Below are positions 30,602 to 38,869 of a stretch of 64,000 nucleotides of DNA, piece by piece. A program made the translations under genes and the position numbers. Position 1 is the stretch's first letter. Every line of letters starts with the position of its first letter. Source of the stretch: Candidatus Binatia bacterium (GTDB taxonomy: Bacteria > Desulfobacterota > Binatia > Bin18); the NCBI GenBank assembly GCA_963664395.2, contig OY761159.2, positions 4,751,369 through 4,815,368 of the forward strand. The letters are read 5' to 3'. The notes under the pieces were generated by a model. It worked only from the letters and a program-made list of their open reading frames with translations, ran no database searches and had not been told where the DNA came from.

Positions 30602-31767
30602 TGTGCTCTGCCCGCGCCCTTTTCCGAACGGTCCTGTGCCTCGCCGCCTTGGTCGGAGTGACCTTGGAGGATGTGCGGCCGGTCGGCGCTGGAGAGCTTG
30701 TCTTCGGCCAGTCCGCAGCCCTGAGCGGACCGGCCCGCGCCCTGGGCCAGGGGATGCGCCTTGGCCTCCTCGCCGCTTTCGAGGCGATCAACCAAAAGGG
30801 CGGGATACACGGCCAGCGTCTCGTCCTGGATTCTCTGGACGATGCCTATGAACCCGAGGCGGCGATCGCCAACACCCGTGAGCTCATCCAGCGTAACGTC
30901 TTCGCCTTGGTCGGTGCGGTTGGTACTCCGACATCTCTGGCCGCCCAGCCTATTGCCACGGAGGCCGGTGTACCCTATATCGCGCCGTTTACCGGGGCTG
31001 AATTCCTGCGCGACGCGCAGCTGCGCCCCAACGTGCTCAACATGCGGGCCTCGTACTATCAGGAAACCGAGGAGATGGTGGCCCGTCTGACTATGGACCT
31101 GGGCGTCCGGCGTATCGGTATCCTCTACCAGAACGATTCCTACGGACGCGCCGGGCTCGAAGGCTTGCGCCGCGCCGTCGCCCGCCACGGCCTGCCCCTC
31201 GTCGCGGAAGCGGACTATCCGCGCAATACCGAGGCGGTCAAAGTCGCGCTGCTCGACCTGCGCCGCTCCCGTCCCGAGGCGATTGTCATCATCGGCGCCT
31301 ATAGGCCCGCGGCCGCTCTGATCCGCTGGGCGAGACGACTCGACTTCAACCCGTACTTCATCAATATTTCCTTTGTCGGAAGTTCCGCCCTGGCGAGAGA
31401 ACTCGGTTCTGACGGGACCGGGGTATACGTCACCCAGGTCGTGCCCTTCCCCACCGACCCCAGCCTCCCCGTTGTCGCCCACTATCAGCAAGCCCTCGCC
31501 GCGGTGGCCCCTGAGAGTACACCGGATTTCGTGTCACTCGAAGGCTATCTGGCCGGGCGCCTGGTGGCGGAGGGTCTCCGTCTGGCCGGACCCAACCCGA
31601 CCCGAGAGGGATTTTTGGACGCGCTGCAGAAGGCTGAGACCGTCAACCTTGACGGCTTCCTGCTGCGCTATGGCCCTGCCGACAATCAGGGCTCCGACCA
31701 GGTCTATCTGACCACCATCGACAGTCAGGGCCGTTTTCAGTCAGTCCAGAAAATGGTGCCGCAATGA
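30598..31767 (+). CDS. Periplasmic ligand-binding protein (LivJ/K-like PBP1 fold), probably sensory
   Basis: Signal peptide; FGQSAALSGP, DDAYEP, GAVGTPT, RASY..E, YQNDSYG, EGYLAG; no permease or ATPase genes nearby. Confidence 0.85.
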   Translation: MMCSARALFRTVLCLAALVGVTLEDVRPVGAGELVFGQSAALSGPARALGQGMRLGLLAAFEAINQKGGIHGQRLVLDSLDDAYEPEAAIANTRELIQRNVFALVGAVGTPTSLAAQPIATEAGVPYIAPFTGAEFLRDAQLRPNVLNMRASYYQETEEMVARLTMDLGVRRIGILYQNDSYGRAGLEGLRRAVARHGLPLVAEADYPRNTEAVKVALLDLRRSRPEAIVIIGAYRPAAALIRWARRLDFNPYFINISFVGSSALARELGSDGTGVYVTQVVPFPTDPSLPVVAHYQQALAAVAPESTPDFVSLEGYLAGRLVAEGLRLAGPNPTREGFLDALQKAETVNLDGFLLRYGPADNQGSDQVYLTTIDSQGRFQSVQKMVPQ

Positions 31768-34007
31768 GCCACGACGACCGCCCCGCCACCGACCCTGGAG
31801 AAGCCCTCGCCCTGCGCCCTTCCACCTCTTCAGAAGGAGGGGAACCGGAAAAGGGACGCGGGCTCCGCCTCGGGATCGGGCCACAACTCTATATCGGTCT
31901 GCTGGGTGGCGTCCTGCTGACCCTGAGTGTCAGCTTGGTGGCGTATTTCTCCTTTCACCAGATTATCCAGCACGGCTCCCGGCTGACGGAGTCCAGCATT
32001 CCCAACCTGAGCAGTGCAGTCGACGCGGCGCGCCAGAGTTCTGTGGTGGTGAACGGTGCCCTCCGCCTTATCTCCGCCTCTTCGCTTCAAGAGCACGGAA
32101 CAGTGGCCGAAGAGTTGGCCAGAGAGCAGTCGGCCCTCAGCACCCTCGTCCAGGAACTCGCGTCCCGAACCGCCTTTGGTGAGCAGACCCGGCTGATCGA
32201 AGACCACCTCGCCGAACTGAGTGTCCACCTGGAACTCATCCAAGAATCGGCCGCCCGCCGTCTGGTCATCGCTCAGACGCTGGAGGGCCTCAAGCAGGAA
32301 CTCGCCGAGACGAACCGACGTATCGAGCAAAACATCGTGACCCTGATCGACGACCAGGAATTCTATCTGGTGGAGGGGCTGCGCCGCCTGCAAGACCAGC
32401 CGAGCCCGATCAATGAGCGCGCCTCCGAAGCTGAGCTCACCTACTCCCGGGGCCTGACGACCCTGAACCACCAGGCCAACCTCGCCGTCCTCCTGTTGGG
32501 CAACGCCCTGGTCCTGTCCGACCGGGGTCTGCTGCCGCCCCTACGCGAGCGCTTCCGTAGCGCCGTCCAGAATTTTCGGCGCGCCTACGAGCGGCTGTCG
32601 GCTCGCAGGCCGGACAGTCTGCTCGGTACAGACCTGGAGCGCCTGGACCAGATGGGGGAAGCCGATGAGGGGATTCTTCCCCTGCGCGAGGAAATCCTGC
32701 TTCGCCTGGAGCAGGAACAGGCAGCGCTGGCAAAAGGCCGCGAGGCTTCTGCCCTGCTCCTTGCCGAGGTGAACACCTTGGTCGCCGAGATCAACGATGA
32801 GGCTGTCGACTCCAGTACTGCTGCCCAGTCTGCCGCCCAGACCGGGCGGTTGCTCCTCGGAGTACTCAACGTCTTGAGCATCTCGGGCGCCCTCCTCCTC
32901 GGCTGGTTGTTTGTGGGGCGCTATATGATCCGCCGCCTCGTCGGGCTGGCCACGGCCATGCGCTCCATGGCCGGCGGCGACCTGGAAGTGCCGGTCGAGG
33001 TGAAGGGCAATGACGAGGTGACGGATATGGCCAACGCCCTGGAAGTGTTCCGGCGCTACGCGCTCGAGGTGCAGCGGCTGAACCTGGTTGAGAAGCTGGC
33101 CGAAGAGCTGGACGCGAAGAACCGCACTCTGGAACAAACCCTGGAGAATCTCAAGCAGGCGCAAGAACAGATCATCGCCGAGCAAAAACTCGCTTCGCTC
33201 GGCCAGCTCACGGCCGGCGTGGCCCATGAAATCAAGAATCCGCTTAACTTTGTGAGCAACTTCTCCGAGGTATCGGTCGAGCTGGTTGATGAAATCCACG
33301 AAGTGATGGAGGAAGCCAAGACGGGAGAGGTTGAGATTTCCGAAGAAATCGAGCCTATCCTCGCGGACCTCAGGTTGAATCTCCAGAAGGTCAAGGAGCA
33401 TAGCAAGCGCGCCGACGGCATCGTGCGGAGCATGCTCGAACATTCCCGCAGTGGGCCGGGGAATTGGCGGGAGACCGACCTGAACGCCCTGCTGAAACAA
33501 TACGTGGACCTCTCCTATCACGCGGTGCGCGCCCACAATACAGACTTCAATATGACGCTGGCCCAGGACCTCGACCCGGAAATGGGTATGCTCACGGTTG
33601 TTCCCCAGGATATCGGTCGGGTGTTCCTCAATCTCGTGACGAACGCCTGCCAGGCCCTTGATGAAAAACGCCAGAACTCGGACGGGGGCTATGAACCGGA
33701 ACTGCGGATCGCCAGCCGCCGTCTGGAGGATCACGCCGAGTTCGACATCCGCGACAACGGCACCGGTATCCCGGAGGAACTACGCGAACGGATTTTCGAG
33801 CCCTTCATGACCACGAAGAAGCCAGGTGAGGGGACGGGGCTGGGCCTGTCACTGATCACGGACATCCTCACCCGCCACGGTGGTTCCATCCGGCTCGACA
33901 CCGAGGAGGGGTCCTTCACCGAAATGCGGGTTATCCTCCCGCTCGAACCGCCTCCGGAAGCAGACCGGGGAACGCACGCTGAAACGGGCCGAGAATCGCA
34001 AGCATAG
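31764..34007 (+). CDS. Sensor histidine kinase (2 TM, long helical periplasmic domain, HAMP, HisKA, HATPase)
   Basis: HAMP GNDEVTDMANALEVF; LASLGQLTAGVAHEIKNPL; NLVTNA, DNGTG, FEPFMTTK, GTGLGLS. Confidence 0.92.
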   Translation: MSHDDRPATDPGEALALRPSTSSEGGEPEKGRGLRLGIGPQLYIGLLGGVLLTLSVSLVAYFSFHQIIQHGSRLTESSIPNLSSAVDAARQSSVVVNGALRLISASSLQEHGTVAEELAREQSALSTLVQELASRTAFGEQTRLIEDHLAELSVHLELIQESAARRLVIAQTLEGLKQELAETNRRIEQNIVTLIDDQEFYLVEGLRRLQDQPSPINERASEAELTYSRGLTTLNHQANLAVLLLGNALVLSDRGLLPPLRERFRSAVQNFRRAYERLSARRPDSLLGTDLERLDQMGEADEGILPLREEILLRLEQEQAALAKGREASALLLAEVNTLVAEINDEAVDSSTAAQSAAQTGRLLLGVLNVLSISGALLLGWLFVGRYMIRRLVGLATAMRSMAGGDLEVPVEVKGNDEVTDMANALEVFRRYALEVQRLNLVEKLAEELDAKNRTLEQTLENLKQAQEQIIAEQKLASLGQLTAGVAHEIKNPLNFVSNFSEVSVELVDEIHEVMEEAKTGEVEISEEIEPILADLRLNLQKVKEHSKRADGIVRSMLEHSRSGPGNWRETDLNALLKQYVDLSYHAVRAHNTDFNMTLAQDLDPEMGMLTVVPQDIGRVFLNLVTNACQALDEKRQNSDGGYEPELRIASRRLEDHAEFDIRDNGTGIPEELRERIFEPFMTTKKPGEGTGLGLSLITDILTRHGGSIRLDTEEGSFTEMRVILPLEPPPEADRGTHAETGRESQA

Positions 34008-34216
34008 TGAAGCAAAGCGAACACTTGTCTAGGATACTATGGGTGCCAAGCATGCATTTCTCTCCCTGGCCTACCTCGTTGGTGCCGCACTCCTTTTTAG
34101 CGTTGTGCGGGCAGAGTTCTGGAAAGAGAAAACGCCCGAAGCGGAGCGCTTGGAACAATATCACAACGTACCGGGCTTTGAATCGTCCGTGATTGAGATA
34201 ACCGTTCTCTCATATA

Positions 34217-34246
34217 GGCAGGAGGGGCAGTTACCCCCCTCCTGCC
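34217..34246. repeat. 11-bp perfect inverted repeat (terminator- or REP-like)
   Basis: ggcaggagggg-cagttacc-cccctcctgcc. Confidence 0.55.
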
Positions 34247-34362
34247 GCCTCGTCTGCCCATTCTCCACGTTTTTCTCCATTCCCATTTTTGGCACTTCTT
34301 CCCTTCTTGTGATAGGAGGGTGAGCATCGTCTTGCTAAGAATAGCTGAGTAAGGAGAGTGGT

Positions 34363-35358
34363 ATGTCCGCCGAGAGTATTACGTTAACTCGCCATATTTT
34401 AATGCAGCAGCAGCAACATCCGGGCGCAACCGGAGAATTTTCCATTCTCCTGTCTCAGATTGTACTGGCCGCCAAGAGAATCTCCCGGCGGCTGAGGGTG
34501 GCCGGGCTGACCGGGGCGCTCGGGGCAAGAGATAAGATTAATGTGCAGGGCGAAATCGTTCAGAAATTAGACGAAATCTCGAATGACGCGTTTCTCGAAT
34601 CGTTTGCCTATGGCGAGTTGGTGTCGGACATGGTGTCTGAGGAGATGGATCAGCCAGCACAAATCCTGGGCAATGCCGACAAGGGCAAATACGTTGTCTT
34701 TGTGGACCCGCTGGACGGTTCATCCAATATAGACGTTGATGTCACTATCGGCTCCATTTTCTCGATCCATCGGCGTCCGGCCGGTAGTGGTGAGGAACTG
34801 AAAAAATCGCTGCACCTCAAGGGCAAAGACCAAGTTGCCGCCGGCTATGCTTTGTATGGCCCCAGTACCATGCTGATGTACACGGCAGGCAATGGGGTGC
34901 ACGGCTTTACCCTTGACCCCGGGATTGGCGATTTTTTTCTTTCACACGAGAATATTCGTATCCCCAGCCACGGCTCGACGTATAGCATCAACGAAGGGCG
35001 TCGAAACGATTGGTTTCCTGAAACGCGCCAATACGTCGCATATCTTCAGGAAAAAGACAAAGACTCCAGACGGCCCTACTCCGGGCGCTATGTTGGTTCC
35101 TTTGTCGCGGATTTTCACCGTACGCTGCTGAAGGGCGGCATCTTTCTCTATCCCGCTGATCCTAAGAACACGAATGGCAAGCTTCGGCTGATGTATGAAG
35201 CCGCCCCGATGGCCATGGTCATTGAACAAGCCGGCGGCCGGGCCAGCAACGGGAGGCAGCCGATTCGAGACCTCGTTCCTGAAGCCCTGCACCAACGGAC
35301 CCCCCTCCTCATTGGCAGCTCCGAAGACGTGCAAAAGGCAGAGTCCTTTTATGCTTAG
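34363..35358 (+). CDS. fbp: Fructose-1,6-bisphosphatase class 1
   Basis: NVQGE..QKLD, SEE, DPLDGSSN, YSINEG, RYVGSFVADFHRTLLKGGIFLYP, KLRLMYE. Confidence 0.96.
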   Translation: MSAESITLTRHILMQQQQHPGATGEFSILLSQIVLAAKRISRRLRVAGLTGALGARDKINVQGEIVQKLDEISNDAFLESFAYGELVSDMVSEEMDQPAQILGNADKGKYVVFVDPLDGSSNIDVDVTIGSIFSIHRRPAGSGEELKKSLHLKGKDQVAAGYALYGPSTMLMYTAGNGVHGFTLDPGIGDFFLSHENIRIPSHGSTYSINEGRRNDWFPETRQYVAYLQEKDKDSRRPYSGRYVGSFVADFHRTLLKGGIFLYPADPKNTNGKLRLMYEAAPMAMVIEQAGGRASNGRQPIRDLVPEALHQRTPLLIGSSEDVQKAESFYA

Positions 35359-35394
35359 ATCGCGTGGCTGAATTTTTATGTATGTTTGTCTAAA

Positions 35395-35430
35395 GAAAGC
35401 AAACGAGAAAGCAAACGAGAAAGCAAACGA
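35395..35430. repeat. 3 x 12-bp perfect tandem repeat GAAAGCAAACGA directly before the fbaB RBS
   Basis: gaaagcaaacga x3 followed by ggaggt. Confidence 0.9.
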
Positions 35431-35442
35431 GGAGGTAACATC

Positions 35443-36366
35443 ATGACGGAACGCGTACAAGAAATCATGAGTTGGTATAACGGCGACAATCCGGGCACGC
35501 GGATGAATATTGCCCGCTTACTCAATCATGGCCGCCTCGGAGGCACCGGAAAACTCGTTATTCTGCCGGTTGACCAAGGCTTTGAGCACGGTCCGGCGCG
35601 GAGCTTTGCTCCGAATCCCGCAGGATATGACCCGGACTACCACTTCCAGCTCGCCATCGACACCGGCTGTAATGCCTACGCCGCGCCGTTGGGCTTTATC
35701 GAAGCGGGAGCCGACACATTTCTGGACCGCGTACCGCTCATTCTCAAACTCAACAATCACGACGTGCTGCACGATGAAGCAGACCCCCTCTCTTCGGTGA
35801 CGAGCAGTGTTGACGATGCGCTCCGGCTCGGCTGTACCGCAGTTGGGTTTACCATTTATCCGGGCTCAACCGCGGCCCAGACCATGTACGAACAACTGCG
35901 TGAGATCACCAGAGAGGCCAAATCCAAGGGGCTGGCGGTCGTGGTGTGGTCCTATCCACGCGGCTCAGACCTGAGCAAGGCTGGGGAGACGGCGATTGAT
36001 GTCGTGGCCTATGCCGCGCAGATTGCCGCCCAGATGGGTGCGCATGTCATTAAAGTGAAGCTGCCCAGCAGCCATATTGAATTGTCTGACGCGCAGAAGG
36101 CGTATCAGAAACATCACGTGCCCATTGAGACGCAGGCCGAACGCGTCCGCCACGTCGTGCAGAGCGCCTTTAATAATAAACGGATTGTTATCTTCTCGGG
36201 CGGAGCGGCCAAGGGTGATGAAGAATTCTTCGATGAAGTCCGCGCGATCCGCGACGGCGGTGGGTTTGGGTCAATCATTGGTCGGAACTCATTTCAGCGA
36301 ATGAAAGAAGACGCGCATACGTTCTTGGGCACCGTCATGGGGATTTACGAAGGGTCGGTGCAGTAA
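35443..36366 (+). CDS. fbaB: Class I fructose-bisphosphate aldolase (FbaB/DhnA type)
   Basis: LPVDQGFEHGP, AVGFTIYPGS, WSYPRG, VIKVK, GSIIGRN; ATG 35443 after GGAGG. Confidence 0.93.
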   Translation: MTERVQEIMSWYNGDNPGTRMNIARLLNHGRLGGTGKLVILPVDQGFEHGPARSFAPNPAGYDPDYHFQLAIDTGCNAYAAPLGFIEAGADTFLDRVPLILKLNNHDVLHDEADPLSSVTSSVDDALRLGCTAVGFTIYPGSTAAQTMYEQLREITREAKSKGLAVVVWSYPRGSDLSKAGETAIDVVAYAAQIAAQMGAHVIKVKLPSSHIELSDAQKAYQKHHVPIETQAERVRHVVQSAFNNKRIVIFSGGAAKGDEEFFDEVRAIRDGGGFGSIIGRNSFQRMKEDAHTFLGTVMGIYEGSVQ

Positions 36367-36403
36367 ACGCGCGTCTCTCCAAGAGGTCAACGGGCTGCAA
36401 TAG

Positions 36404-36431
36404 AAAGGGACACGGCGTGTCCCTTTTTTTA
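36404..36431. terminator. Rho-independent, probably bidirectional, terminator
   Basis: aaagggacac-ggc-gtgtccctttttttt between convergent genes. Confidence 0.8.
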
Positions 36432-37109
36432 TTACCGCGTATCGGCGTAAAAGGTCTTGAGTGCGGCCGGTCGGATGCCAAAGAAATGGCACAGCCGCAG
36501 ACCCCACATGAGTAGAATGGTTTTAGCGATACCGTGCTTTTGCCAGCGGCGGGCAGAGGTCTTCACCCGTGCCCGCAAGCAGGCGATTCTTCCCGTCCGT
36601 TTGAGCTGATGGCTGAACTCCAGGTCTTCCATGATATCCCACTCCGGGTAACCGCCGAGCGCTTCAAACGTCTCGCGGCGGACGAAAATTCCCTGATCGC
36701 CGGTGGCAATGCCGGTTAAACGAGAGCGGATATTCATCAAGGTGCCGATCATCCGAAAGGGCCAGCCCGGAGCATCCACATAGACGTCAAAACGTCCACC
36801 CACAACGTCAGGGTCCGCCAAAGCGTGTGCAATCAGCTCTGAAAACCGGGCCGGCGGAAGGGTATCCGCATGGAGAAAGAGGAGGGCTTCCCCGTTTGCT
36901 TCCTGGGCTCCGGCATTCATCTGCCGGGCGCGACCACGCGGCGCTGAAACGAGCCGGTCAGCGTGTTGGCGCGCACGCTCGCCCGTTCCGTCGTCGCTGC
37001 CTCCATCTACAACGATGATCTCGCATGCACTCGCCTGTCGAACTCGGCGGAGCGTGCGCTCAATGCTGCCGGCTTCGTTCAGGGTTGGAATGACAACGCT
37101 AACGAGCAT
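36432..37109 (-). CDS. GT2 glycosyltransferase, TIGR04283 (rSAM/selenodomain/arsenosugar-associated) type
   Basis: VSVVIPTLNE, VDGGS.D, GRARQMNAGA, FLHADT, GDQGIFV, MED, TSARRW. Confidence 0.88.
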   Translation of the reverse strand: MLVSVVIPTLNEAGSIERTLRRVRQASACEIIVVDGGSDDGTGERARQHADRLVSAPRGRARQMNAGAQEANGEALLFLHADTLPPARFSELIAHALADPDVVGGRFDVYVDAPGWPFRMIGTLMNIRSRLTGIATGDQGIFVRRETFEALGGYPEWDIMEDLEFSHQLKRTGRIACLRARVKTSARRWQKHGIAKTILLMWGLRLCHFFGIRPAALKTFYADTR

Positions 37110-37426
37110 TAGCCCCCTACCCGCAGGAAGGCCAGGGTGAGTTGGTGCTTAAATCGGGTTTGGTCCGCTTCACTGACGCTTTTGTAGGTAATAGACAAGA
37201 GCGTACGCTGGATAAGGATAGTGCGACTAAACGGACTGGGCTTCGGTTCGAGCGGATGCATGACCAGCTCAAGCCTCCCCTGGCCAAGTGCCGTCTGGTA
37301 ATGCCGGTCAGCGCCGCTGTCTTCTTGGGTGTAGGTATAGCCATACTGACGAAAGAGGTTCTCCAGGCGAGGGATGACTTCGTCCGGGGAAAACGCCACA
37401 TTCCATTCTATTATTTTGTCTGTCAC
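37109..37426 (-). CDS. Hypothetical protein
   Basis: GTG start with GAGGTGA RBS; stop overlaps the next start; ends LAFLRVGG. Confidence 0.6.
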   Translation of the reverse strand: MTDKIIEWNVAFSPDEVIPRLENLFRQYGYTYTQEDSGADRHYQTALGQGRLELVMHPLEPKPSPFSRTILIQRTLLSITYKSVSEADQTRFKHQLTLAFLRVGG

Positions 37427-37431
37427 GCGGC

Positions 37432-38124
37432 TCACCTCGCGTATCGGAATACTGTCCACAGAATTCTATAGCCGGCTAATAGCGTCCCTTTGACCGTTCC
37501 ACTCACTTTTGAAATACCAATACGCTGACGATAGCGGACGGGCACCTCAGTGATGCGTAGCCCGTGGCGTATGGCCTTAATCTGCATTTCGACCGTCCAG
37601 CCATAGGTTTTATCCTGCATATCGAGAGCCAGGAGTTGAGGAAATCGGATCGCGCGAAACGGCCCCAGATCAGTATAGGTGAAACCATAGATGAGGTGAA
37701 TGAGCCAGGTTGCCAGAGCATTTCCCAACTGTGCATGCCGGAGCAATGCGCCCGCTCCGGCCCGCTGAGGCCGGGAACCGATCACCAGGTCATAGCCTTC
37801 TTCAAGGACGGGCCGCACAACGTCGCCCAAGTCGTCGGGATAATCACTGTAATCCCCATCGAGAAAGACGAGAACATCCGGCTGCTTGTCCCTCAGATAA
37901 TCAATGCCGGCAAGACAGGCCCAGCCATAGCCTCGACGCGATTCACCGAGGACGGTCGCACCGCCAGCTTGGGCAACTTGGGCTGTGTGGTCTGATGAAC
38001 CGTTGTCCACAACCACGACTTCTTCAAGTTGCTCCCACGGCAAATCTCCAAGCACCTTGGGCAAGGACGCTTCTTCATTCAGGGCCGGGATCACCACAAC
38101 AATGCGGGGACATGCAGTATTCAT
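37432..38124 (-). CDS. GT2 glycosyltransferase (DPM/DPG-synthase-like)
   Basis: IPALNEE, VDNGSSD, GYGWACLAG, FLDGDYSD, DLGPFRAI, YGWTVEMQ, SKVSGT. Confidence 0.9.
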   Translation of the reverse strand: MNTACPRIVVVIPALNEEASLPKVLGDLPWEQLEEVVVVDNGSSDHTAQVAQAGGATVLGESRRGYGWACLAGIDYLRDKQPDVLVFLDGDYSDYPDDLGDVVRPVLEEGYDLVIGSRPQRAGAGALLRHAQLGNALATWLIHLIYGFTYTDLGPFRAIRFPQLLALDMQDKTYGWTVEMQIKAIRHGLRITEVPVRYRQRIGISKVSGTVKGTLLAGYRILWTVFRYAR

Positions 38125-38127
38125 CGC

Positions 38128-38862
38128 TTACGAAATCAGCCTGAAAGTGACCGTGACCGGTGTACCGTCCGGGGGCAGGATATCCCTCTCTACCTGAAAG
38201 CGCTGCGGGGACGAAACATAGTCCGCAATACTGAGACCGGCGTTGCTGACCTTGCCACTCGGACAACTGTATAAACACAGTAGACAGCCCGGTCGCGGGG
38301 CAAACGGAATGCGATTAAACCAGCGATCTCGATTACCGCCAAAGGCCCATTCGATGGGAGAGTCACGGGTTGGGGGCGTATGAATAACCGTGTGCAGCGG
38401 CAGGCTCTCCGGGCCGGTCGGCCACGCCAGGGAGACGGCCAGGCGACTGCCGCGGACCTTCTGCTGTGGCGCACGGCTCGCCGGGTCAAAGCGGCGTGCC
38501 CAGGCTTCCAGTGACACATTATTGCCCGGCTGTGCTCCGATTGTGACCAGGGCGTCGTGAAAGGCGAGATCATCGACCGGTGTTTCAATCAGTGCGTTTG
38601 TAGAGTGGCCCCCATGCCAGGTGACCAAATGGTAGTGGGCCGTATTGCCATCAGCCTGATTAAAACGGGCGGGATAGATCACGCCATAGATCGTGACCGT
38701 CTCTTCCTCTACGGAAAAAACCAGAGGCGTCTCAAGCGTTGCCGGCTGCCGGGCGCGAGCAGGACTCCCCAAATACCCCAAATACCCAAGACCCATGACA
38801 ACACTCAACAGCAAAAGAGAACACCTCAGAGAGGTAGGCGGCATGTTTCTTCGATTCCTCAT
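38128..38862 (-). CDS. YdjY-like exported protein with CxxCxxSC motif
   Basis: Signal/TM segment, FHDAL..IGA.PGNN, FGGN, GCLLCLYSCPSGKVSNA. Confidence 0.7.
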   Translation of the reverse strand: MRNRRNMPPTSLRCSLLLLSVVMGLGYLGYLGSPARARQPATLETPLVFSVEEETVTIYGVIYPARFNQADGNTAHYHLVTWHGGHSTNALIETPVDDLAFHDALVTIGAQPGNNVSLEAWARRFDPASRAPQQKVRGSRLAVSLAWPTGPESLPLHTVIHTPPTRDSPIEWAFGGNRDRWFNRIPFAPRPGCLLCLYSCPSGKVSNAGLSIADYVSSPQRFQVERDILPPDGTPVTVTFRLIS

Positions 38863-38869
38863 TCACGCC

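Noticed and set aside
34007-34323. Short ORFs after the histidine kinase (MGAKHAFLSLAYLVGAALLF...)
   Set aside because: Hydrophobic start but no family motif, and it runs through a strong hairpin; a remnant or spurious.
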